Below are positions 9,110-16,355 of a DNA stretch of 64,000 bases, in pieces; the stretch's first letter is position 1; every line of letters starts with the position of its first letter. The stretch is from Desulfobacterales bacterium. GTDB lineage: Bacteria; Desulfobacterota; Desulfobacteria; Desulfobacterales; UBA2174. The notes beneath the pieces were generated by a model, which saw only the letters and a list, made by a program, of their open reading frames with translations, was not told where the DNA came from and searched no databases. The position numbers and the translations under genes are program-made. The stretch covers positions 544,001 to 608,000 of the forward strand of contig CAXXWC010000021.1 of the NCBI GenBank assembly GCA_963668645.2. Direction: 5' to 3'.

Positions 9110-10649
9110 CCCGACAACGCGACTAAAGGTTATTTGACAATCTCAGCCAGTCGCTTTTTCCGGTGCGATAGATAGGCACGGTGGTTTTTATCTTGCACCC
9201 AGATGATTTGCGCAATCAGGGTGTCGTGTGTGTGTGTTTGCGCATGGGTAGTAGCAGTCTGATCAGCACTCTAAGCTGCGACAGCGTAATAGATGGTGCT
9301 TTTTTTCCCCAACCTGATTTTCAGGTGCCAGAGGAAAAAGTGGGCCATTATGCACGTGAGTATGTGGTGGTGCCAGCCCGGAAACTTTCTGACCTCATAG
9401 TGATCCATGCCCAGTTCGGTTTTGGTTTCCTCGAAACACTGCTCGATGGCCCAGCGCATCCCGCTTAGCCAAATCAGGGGCTTGAGCCGAACGCTGGGGG
9501 AGGCGTTGCTGATATAATAGGAATAGTGCCGATCCTCCCCGAGGGTGCGCCGGATCAGCAACCAAGCGGCTTTCCCAGGCATCTTATCGGCTGGAAGGAT
9601 GATCCTGCGCCGGGTGAATTCATAAACGATCGGCCCCTTGGTGCCTTCGGAAACCTCGCGGCGGTACCAGAAATAGTCGTTGATGTTTTTTGCCAACGCC
9701 TCGACGCTCATCGGTTTGCTGTCGGCATCGGCCAGCACGGTTTTCGTCCGGGTCGTTCCGCCCCATCGATACTGTCGGGTAATGGTCATGGGTTTCTTGA
9801 GCCAGCACAAGGTCGTCTTGGTCACCGATACCAGATAGGTCGTATCCGGCAACGATTCCACAGCGCCGATGAATTCCGGACTCATACCGTAGATCGAATC
9901 GGCCAGTACATATTTGAACGGCAGCAGCTTTTCCCGGCGGATTTCTTCAAGCATTTCGGCGGCAAGCTGCGGCTTGGTCCGAAAAACGACATCCTCCGGC
10001 ATTTTACACTTTTGCCTTCGCAGGGCATGGTCATCCGAAAACCATTTTTCGGGTACAAACAGCCGCTTGTTGACCAAGGCATACCCTTTTTCGGAAGCGT
10101 AGGCGGCAAAGACGCCGACCTGGCAGTTGTCGACTTTGCCGATGTTGCCGCAGTATTGGCGGGCGACTCCCACGGATTCGTCTCCCTTTTTGACAAAGCC
10201 GCTCTCATCGAAGATCAGGACGCCATCGGGGCTTCCGAGATCGTCATTTACAAGACTACGATATTTGATTTCGATATTTGTGTCATCCCAAGGTGCTTCA
10301 CTGACAAACCGTTGCAATGCCCTGACATTTCCATTTTCGACGGCAAGGGCGATTGGTTCAATGGATTTTCTTTCCAACGGGCTGAACTGCCCAACCATGT
10401 AATTGAAGAAATGTTCTCTGGACTCACTGCGTTGGAAACAATCGTAAAACTGTTCATGAAAGCCTCTGAGTTCGCTCATGAAATCTTTGATATCACCCCG
10501 AGCGAGATCAAATTTTGGAACATCGTATAGGTATTCGTCATGACGGCAACTGGGTAGCATGGTCTGCCTCCTATATGTGGGTTGTTGCGTAGTATGGCAG
10601 GATGCTGCGAAAAAATCAAGTGTTAATCATAATAAGTTGCGTTGTAGGG
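9110..10649 (-). mobile_element. IS701-family insertion sequence
   Basis: Imperfect 17-bp terminal IRs CCCGACAACGCGACTAA (9110-9126) / TAAGTTGCGTTGTAGGG (10633-10649). No matching target duplication. Confidence 0.8.
9271..10560 (-). CDS. IS701-family DDE transposase
   Basis: ERKSIEPIA, FDESGFVKKG..SVGVARQYCG..GK.DNCQVGVF, RWAIEQCFEETK.ELGMDHYEVR. Confidence 0.9.
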   Translation of the reverse strand: MLPSCRHDEYLYDVPKFDLARGDIKDFMSELRGFHEQFYDCFQRSESREHFFNYMVGQFSPLERKSIEPIALAVENGNVRALQRFVSEAPWDDTNIEIKYRSLVNDDLGSPDGVLIFDESGFVKKGDESVGVARQYCGNIGKVDNCQVGVFAAYASEKGYALVNKRLFVPEKWFSDDHALRRQKCKMPEDVVFRTKPQLAAEMLEEIRREKLLPFKYVLADSIYGMSPEFIGAVESLPDTTYLVSVTKTTLCWLKKPMTITRQYRWGGTTRTKTVLADADSKPMSVEALAKNINDYFWYRREVSEGTKGPIVYEFTRRRIILPADKMPGKAAWLLIRRTLGEDRHYSYYISNASPSVRLKPLIWLSGMRWAIEQCFEETKTELGMDHYEVRKFPGWHHHILTCIMAHFFLWHLKIRLGKKSTIYYAVAA

Positions 10650-10783
10650 GTGGGATAACCGGTGGAAAAGTTGTCCAGGCAGACCACCCGGGCGCCTTTT
10701 TCTAGGAGCGCTTCGCAGAGGTTGGAGCCGATGAAGCCGGCGCCGCCTGTGACGAGGATTTTTTGATTTTTAGGGAAGTTCAT
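10650..10783 (-). pseudogene. truncated NAD-dependent sugar epimerase (WbpP-like) N-terminus cut by IS701
   Basis: Manual translation [42 protein letters not shown], ending at the IS701 end. Paralog of 13495-13856. Confidence 0.85.
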
Positions 10784-10910
10784 TGGGGCCAAATTTTCAC
10801 AGATGGTAACTACCCAGGATATCAGGATTTAACTCTATCGTATTATCTATGACCTTGACACGAAAAGCACTACCTCATAGAATGAGGCAAAAAGAATCAG
10901 GAGGTGAGTC

Positions 10911-11156
10911 ATGCAACAAATCACCATACGGGGTGTGGAGCCTGAAATTGAACAGCAAATTCGGCAAATCGCAAAAGGGAGCGGAAAATCCATCAATCAG
11001 GTTATCAAAGAAATCATTTATAAAGAATTCAAGCATCCCAAGGCTCCAGCATCGTCTTTGAAGCAACTATCAGGCGGATGGACCCGAGAGGAGGCCGCTG
11101 AGTTTGAACGTTCCATCAAATCCTGCGAGCAGATCGACGAGGAAATGTGGAAATGA
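10911..11156 (+). CDS. vapB: VapB/FitA-like antitoxin (ribbon-helix-helix)
   Basis: 81 aa, MQQITIRGV...SINQ, acidic C-terminus, ATGA overlap with the PIN toxin. Confidence 0.8.
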   Translation: MQQITIRGVEPEIEQQIRQIAKGSGKSINQVIKEIIYKEFKHPKAPASSLKQLSGGWTREEAAEFERSIKSCEQIDEEMWK

Positions 11157-11554
11157 AACTGATACTGGACACGAACGCCTATGTCGGGTTCAAACGAGGA
11201 TATATCGAACTTATCGAATACATCGCCCAAGCGGATGCGATATTGATATCTCCGATTGTGCTGGGTGAACTCATGTTTGGATTCCGCAATGGTTCACGCT
11301 TTGCCAGAAACATTGCGGAATTAAAACAGTTCTTGTCGCATCGGGCGGTTGAAGTGATCAAATTGTCTGAAACCACATCAGATAGATACTCAAGGATTGT
11401 CTTGCATCTCAAAAAGCAGGGAACCCCCATTCCTTCAAACGATATTTGGATTGCCGCGCAAACCATGGAAACTGGAGCAGAGCTTGTGACGCTGGATAAT
11501 CATTTTAAAAAAATCAGCGGTCTCATATTCCGTCTTTTTACTCGGCCCTGTTGA
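11153..11554 (+). CDS. vapC: VapC PIN-domain toxin
   Basis: ILDTNAY, VLGEL..GF, GTPIPSNDIWIAA, LVT.D.HF. Confidence 0.92.
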   Translation: MKLILDTNAYVGFKRGYIELIEYIAQADAILISPIVLGELMFGFRNGSRFARNIAELKQFLSHRAVEVIKLSETTSDRYSRIVLHLKKQGTPIPSNDIWIAAQTMETGAELVTLDNHFKKISGLIFRLFTRPC

Positions 11555-11601
11555 TCTTCAATCGTTGGAGAATTCAGGGACATTGATTTACTTCAGGAAA
11601 G

Positions 11602-11703
11602 CGTTTAGAGCGTTAGAAACGTTAGAAAAGACTTTAAATTCGAAATCCGAATGTCGATATTCGTGTTTTTCTATTTAAACCTTACACCGTTCAACCTTAA
11701 ACC
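11602..11703. repeat. degenerate 9-mer and 7-mer tandem repeat runs
   Basis: CGTTTAGAG-CGTTAGAAA-CGTTAGAAA; CGAAATC-CGAATGT-CGATATT-CGTGTTT; TTAAACC-TTACACC-(G)TTCAACC-TTAAACC. Confidence 0.7.
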
Positions 11704-11873
11704 ATTCCCTTTTCTTCTTCTACCCTCCCCTGCTCCGCTCGCACATACTTCTTTCCGCAGGCGATACATTCCAAATCTTCCGTCAACCTCTCCCCGCACC
11801 GGCACACCCAGCCGATCGTTTTGACCGGGTTGCCCACCACCAGGGCATGATCCGGTACGTTGCGGTTGACCAC
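11697..11873 (-). pseudogene. C-terminal fragment of a WbpD-like sugar N-acetyltransferase
   Basis: Manual translation VVNRNVPDHALVVGNPVKTIGWVCRCGERLTEDLECIACGKKY...*, with no start codon or N-terminus. Confidence 0.8.
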
Positions 11874-11946
11874 CGGGAAGTTGGGGACGTTGTTGACTAT
11901 GTAAACTTAAGCTTCGTTTGGTCGTTCGGAGTGTTAGGAAAAGCGT

Positions 11947-12045
11947 AAATACGAAATCAGAATATCGAAATCTGAAACCCCGGTGTAATAGGCTTCGCAT
12001 TTCACGGGGAAAGCAAAATCGAATGACCGAAATTCAAATGGTTAA
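11947..12045. repeat. degenerate heptamer tandem repeats
   Basis: CGAAATC-AGAATAT-CGAAATC-TGAAACC (11952-11979), plus a weaker run at about 12014-12045. Confidence 0.65.
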
Positions 12046-12068
12046 AAAAAAGATAGAACAGCGAAGAA

Positions 12069-12323
12069 CTATCGATATACTTCTCGCCGGTGTCCGACAT
12101 CGATAACAAGTATCAGTAGCCGATCTTCATTGATTTCATAAATAACGCGATAATTACCGGCGCGAATTCTCCAAGCCGGTCGGCCGGATAGTTTTTTACA
12201 CCCCTTGGGCCGGGGGTTTCCAGCCAATTGACGGATATTTTGAATGATGCGCCGTTGATCATCTCGCTGGATTTTTGAAAGCTATTTCTGTGCGGAACGG
12301 AGGATTTCGATTTCGTAGTTCAA
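12069..12323 (-). pseudogene. relE: RelE/ParE-family toxin with in-frame TAG at codon 14
   Basis: LNYEIEILRSAQK*LSKIQRDDQRRIIQNIRQLAGNPRPKGCKKLSGRPAWRIRAGNYRVIYEINEDRLLILVIDVGHRREVYR; stop at 12282-12284. Confidence 0.9.
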
Positions 12324-12529
12324 GCCTTATATTCAGCCTCGATTTCACGTACGGCCTGATTAAAAGGGATGGACTGTAAATCGCCGGATTTTACCGCATC
12401 TTAGGCACGAATATCGTCAAGCTCTTCAAGCGCATCAACGACTTCTTTCCACTCTTTAATGCTCAGCAAAACCGCTTTCGGCTTCTTCTTATTATCGATT
12501 ACATATTGAGGATTCAAGGTTAGGGACAT
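12320..12529 (-). pseudogene. cognate antitoxin with in-frame TAA at codon 43
   Basis: MSLTLNPQYVIDNKKKPKAVLLSIKEWKEVVDALEELDDIRA*DAVKSGDLQSIPFNQAVREIEAEYKA; stop at 12401-12403; 4-bp overlap with the toxin start. Confidence 0.85.
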
Positions 12530-12712
12530 CTTGGGCCTCCAACAGCTCATTTCTTTTGTTCAAAAGGCTGATCACCGCCTATTTGCATCTGTTCTTACAT
12601 CTCGTTTCTTTGATCTTATGCGCCTTCGCGGCTTTTTCTTCTCCCGCAAATCGTTATGCTATCAATTTCTCTATATTCATTTTCGCGTTACTTTGCAAGC
12701 AGGCGAAAGGGG

Positions 12713-13000
12713 CTACACGAAGTTTGGGCATTGCTCATAGACTCGCCCACATTCGTGCAAGCTGCGAAATGGACGACACCATCGATCTTGGAGTGTATCA
12801 AAGCCTGCTTGACGGCGCATCGGTCCAAGAAGGTTCCCTTTGATGAATGGTCCCCATTTGACCGCCCAACGGTGCCCTGTGGAAAGGTTGTCGAAAACCA
12901 CGGGTTCAAATCCGGTGCGATACAGGGCCTTGCAGGTTTGACTTCCGATATAGCCGGCACCGCCGGTGACCAATATCTTGAGACCGTTAATGGACTTCAT
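12713..13000 (-). pseudogene. galE: UDP-glucose 4-epimerase (GalE) N-terminal fragment, frameshifted and truncated
   Basis: [18 protein letters not shown]...PVVFDNLSTGHRWAVKWGP, continuing in another frame as ...IDGVVHFAACTNVGESMS and then lost. Confidence 0.85.
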
Positions 13001-13031
13001 TTGGTGGGCGTTTGGATCGTTGGGAGCGACA

Positions 13032-13116
13032 TGGGGTCGGACATCGAATTATGCCGTTATTACAGATTGTTAAACCGAAAAACAGCCCCGAAATACACCT
13101 TAAAAGCCTCTTTTTG
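13032..13116. repeat. 85-bp dispersed repeat, copy B
   Basis: 69/85 ungapped identity to 8387-8471; abuts the IS21 terminus. Confidence 0.9.
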
Positions 13117-13495
13117 TTGGCGGCGACGTGACCTTGTAGTGAAAACGGCGGTTTCAAAATGTGATTGCCAAAGAGCTGACGTCGGTCACCCGATCGAGGT
13201 GGCGATCGGGTTACTGGCATACCTTTATGCCGGATCGCTCAAGTCTTTCATCCGGTAGCTTTTTCCTTCGATGACGACGGTTTCGGTGTGATGCAGGACC
13301 CGGTCGAGCAAGGCGGCGGTCAGCACGCTGTCGTTGTTGAAGATTTCCAGCCAGTCTTTGAAGGCGCGATTGGTGGTGATGATCAAGGCGCCTTGTTCGT
13401 AGCGGCTGCTGATGACCTGGAACAGCAGGTCGGCGCCGATTTTATCGATGGGCAAGTAGCCAAGTTCATCGAGGATCAGCAGGGCGGGACGGATG
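13115..13495 (-). mobile_element. istB: IS21-family remnant (istB 3' end plus right terminus)
   Basis: LLILDELGYLPID..GADLLFQVISSRYE...TTNRAF..W...AALLDR.LHH...VIEGKSYR (13225-13495). Terminus starts TG at 13115 with repeated GGCGGCG/ACGGCGG sites. Confidence 0.85.
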
Positions 13496-13856
13496 AAGCG
13501 CTTCACACCTGCATCCCGGGCCGCAATAAGCATGTTGACGAACCCGCCCACGTTGACGGCATCGGTGCATCGGTGGTGGCCGGATCCTCGATGGACCTCG
13601 GCACCGATCCCAGGGCCGCATGGTGCAGAACGTAATCCACCCCAGCGCACGCCTTACGACAGTCGTCCGGGTTGCGGAGGTCGCCCACGATCAGATCGAA
13701 GGTCGGGTTGGAGGTGAACTCCAGGACGTTCTGGGGCTGACCGGTGGAAAAGTTGTCCAGGCAGACCACCCGGGTGCCTTTTGCGAGCAACGCTTCGCAA
13801 AGATTGGCGCCGATAAAACCTGCACCGCCGGTGACGAGGATCTTGGCATTTTTCAT
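13495..13856 (-). pseudogene. WbpP-like UDP-GlcNAc 4-epimerase N-terminal part, frameshifted and fused to the istB remnant
   Basis: [17 protein letters not shown]...VDYVLHHAALGSVPRSIEDP. An 8-bp duplication at 13559-13574 shifts the frame; it resumes AVNVGGFVNMLIAARDAGVKRF and runs into IstB. Confidence 0.85.
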
Positions 13857-14018
13857 TTTTGCGGTTTGAGGGGAACGCTGTTGTCTACGTTAGCTTACGG
13901 GCATGCGCGCACAATGCTATTAGAGGGTCAGAACTCTTGGTTTTTTTGAGGTTCGAATCTTCAAAGCAACGACCCTAAACTTTTTTCGGATTTCGGTATT
14001 TGTATTTAACTCTTCGGT

Positions 14019-14258
14019 TCAATCATAACAGCCGTTCAGCAAATAATTCGTAAACATCCCTGTGATGTCCAACTTGTCGTCCAAGATTTCGATAGTTTCC
14101 AAAAGTGCCTCATAGCGGTCCGGGGTCATCATGATGCCCACCGCCTCCCCATTGCGGGTCACGGTAATGGTCGAGTCCCCCTCATGCATCGTCTTGAGAA
14201 TGTCGAGAAGGCCTCGCTTTATCTATGTTACCGGTATGATCTGCGAAATGTCGGCCAT
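14019..14258 (-). pseudogene. Phd/YefM-family antitoxin with in-frame TAG at codon 12, no toxin partner
   Basis: MADISQIIPVT*IKRGLLDILKTMHEGDSTITVTRNGEAVGIMMTPDRYEALLETIEILDD...; stop at 14223-14225; RBS GAGGAG upstream. Confidence 0.8.
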
Positions 14259-14278
14259 AGAGTTCTCCTCGAATCCGA

Positions 14279-14404
14279 CTATGCAAGGTTAATACGATAC
14301 CACTCGACAATCTCTTTCAGGCCATCGCGAACGTTATAGCCCAGCAGAAACCGGGCTTTTTCGATAGACGCCTGCGGGTGAGAAACATTTCCAACTCGCT
14401 TGCT
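14279..14404 (-). pseudogene. C-terminal fragment of a WbpP-like epimerase
   Basis: RVGNVSHPQASIEKARFLLGY.VRDGLKEIVEWY resembles the R.GD..HS.ASI.KA..LLGY...GL....WY end of these epimerases. Confidence 0.65.
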
Positions 14405-14696
14405 TGGATCAAGACTTATAGGAAACGCATGGCTTTTGGAATTTTGTGGGTGCGGTTGATCTTGGCGACTTGGCATAGCTCCGCCGTGTCGTTTACAATC
14501 TTGAAATAGCCGTAACCCATTGTCTTACAAGTTTTTTTGTTTCGTCAGACGGTTTTTTTTCAGGTTTCCGGTCGTCCACCGGTTGCATCGCCCCTATGTT
14601 TTTTAATTAATACTGATTCTTTTTCTGAAATTTTCAGCCCTTCCAGGAAAATCCGAAGGTCGTTATTTGCAGTTATCTAAAGTTATTCTGTCACGC

Positions 14697-14733
14697 CCAA
14701 ACAGAAAAGCCGCCATTGCTAACGAGGGCGGCT
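14697..14733 (-). terminator. intrinsic terminator (riboswitch expression platform)
   Basis: Minus strand AGCCGCC-N12-GGCGGCT followed by TTTCTGTTT, about 30 nt 3' of the aptamer. Confidence 0.75.
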
Positions 14734-14763
14734 CTAAACACATCCATATTTAGGTAGATGTTT

Positions 14764-14845
14764 TCAACGGCAACCTGGCAATCCCCAAGGGACCCATGGT
14801 TTTGCGCCCCCGAGTTGCCCCAGGTTTGCCCTTTTCGTGTTATTT
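14764..14845 (-). ncRNA. cyclic di-GMP-I (GEMM) riboswitch aptamer
   Basis: Minus strand AAGGGCAAACCTGGG-GCAA-CTCGGGGGCGCAAAACCATGGGTCCCTTGGGGATTGCCAGGTTGCCG matches the GGCAAAC / GNRA loop / GCAAA / GGTTGCC consensus. Confidence 0.85.
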
Positions 14846-15519
14846 GGTTAATTTTCATACCACTTACTCTATGGTCTGTAAAGCGTCAAATTTTCAAATC
14901 CGGGGGAAAAGCTCCTATTGATATAGACTTTAATTATCGATAGCATTATTGACTAATCCTATCCATTGAAAAAGATCGAGCCTTGCAATGGTCCCGAAGC
15001 GGTACACGGCATACCGCAAGACTTTATATTCAATCAGGGTACTTCCTGTTTTTGAAAGATTAAATATCTTTTCATAAAAACCGCCTCTAAAATCTATAAA
15101 TGGCTTTTTTTATTTTTATATAATTACTTCTATTTTTTAGCAAGTTTATTTACTGCTTCCTTTTACAAGCATTTGCTCAAAATATTGACGAACAGAGACA
15201 CATGAGATCCTGACGGGAAACAAATGGCGTAAGACCGCGTGGTGGCTTGCGGATCAGTACAGCATCAAAACCGCAAGCACGGCGCCAAATTCGACTGCTA
15301 CGTTGCCGGCCGATACCGGAAAAACGGCGAGCGTAAAGAGAAGGGCCTTGTGGGAGCAATCCACGGGATGGGGCCGAACAGGCAGCTAAGATGTTTGCAA
15401 TGCAGAAAAAGGCAAGCCACCCCGGCAGGAAGGACGCCCGCCTGGCGAAGCTGCGAGAAGCCCGACATCGGTTTTGCAATAGCTGTAGACAGGTTGTGCT
15501 GCAGAACCCAAGAAATGGA

Positions 15520-15550
15520 AAGGGGTTGCCACATGTAGCGGCAACCCCTT
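15520..15550 (-). terminator. hairpin terminator downstream of tRNA-Leu
   Basis: Perfect 11-bp stem AAGGGGTTGCC / GGCAACCCCTT. Confidence 0.75.
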
Positions 15551-15558
15551 GATTTTTT

Positions 15559-15645
15559 TGGTGCCGGAGGTGAGAATCGAACTCACACGATGTTGCCACC
15601 GCGGGATTTTGAGTCCCGTGCGTCTACCAATTCCGCCACTCCGGC
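15559..15645 (-). tRNA. tRNA-Leu(CAA)
   Basis: 87 nt GCCGGAGTGGCGGAATTGGTAGACGC...CGGGA-CTCAAAA-TCCCG, long variable arm, GTTCGA T-loop, encoded CCA. Confidence 0.97.
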
Positions 15646-15686
15646 TCGATGGTGGCGCCTCTTATAACCGAAAGGTGCCGGGCTTG

Positions 15687-16334
15687 TCAATTCAGAACGC
15701 TTTTTCCGAAAACGCTTTTCAGTTCCTGGGCCGAAACCGTCCCCTCGCGCAGGATCACCGGCACAGGGCCGGTCACGTCCACCACGGTCGATCCCGGGCC
15801 GCCTTCCAGCGCCCCGGCGTCCAGGACCAGATCGACACGATCCAGTAAAAGCGGCGGCATGTCTTCGACGCGAAAACAGCCCGCAGCCCCGGACAGATTG
15901 GCGCTGGTGGCGGTGATCGGCCGGCCGAGACCGTTCACCAAGGCGGCGGCCACCGGGTTGGCGGGCTGGCGCACGCCGATCTTGGCCAATCCGGTGGTGA
16001 GCACCGCCGGCAGGCTGCCGTTGGCTTCGAAGACCAGGGTTACCCTGCCGGGCCAAAAACGCTGCATGATCCGATCGGCCTGGGCCGGCACCCTGCGCAC
16101 GATTTTCAGCAGGCAGGCATCATCCTGGCAAAGCACCGAAATGGGCCGGTTCAGGGAGCGGCCCTTGACGGCAAAGACCTTCTCGATGGCCGCCGGGTTG
16201 GTGGCGTCGGCTCCAAGTCCATAGAGGCATCGAGTGGGAAAGATTACCAGCCCCCCCTTTTGGAGAATCTCCATCGCCTTCTCGATGGCGGCAAGGTTCA
16301 GGTCAAAGGGGTCCACATTGATGATTTCGGCCAT
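15687..16334 (-). CDS. tsaC: L-threonylcarbamoyladenylate synthase (Sua5/YrdC/TsaC)
   Basis: FPT..LYGLGADA, KGR, FWPG, TATSANLSG, STVVD. Confidence 0.9.
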   Translation of the reverse strand: MAEIINVDPFDLNLAAIEKAMEILQKGGLVIFPTRCLYGLGADATNPAAIEKVFAVKGRSLNRPISVLCQDDACLLKIVRRVPAQADRIMQRFWPGRVTLVFEANGSLPAVLTTGLAKIGVRQPANPVAAALVNGLGRPITATSANLSGAAGCFRVEDMPPLLLDRVDLVLDAGALEGGPGSTVVDVTGPVPVILREGTVSAQELKSVFGKSVLN

Positions 16335-16355
16335 CTGTCGCCCTCCACCTTTTTT

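Noticed and set aside
11590..12050. possible CRISPR array or integron attC sites (GTTAGA-like words)
   Set aside because: Repeats are 7-9 bp and degenerate with no spacer structure; no paired R''/R' boxes, cas genes or integron integrase seen
12069..14258. stop-codon reassignment or pyrrolysine explaining the in-frame stops
   Set aside because: One of the stops is TAA, TAG terminates normal genes in this window (e.g. ddl, the M24 peptidase), and the neighbours are plainly decayed
14490..14540. dif/att-like word GTAACCCATTGTCTTAC
   Set aside because: Too weak a match by eye, with no partner site or recombinase in the window
15177..15599. ORFs overlapping or following the tRNA
   Set aside because: They overlap tRNA-Leu and its terminator; no RBS or domain evidence
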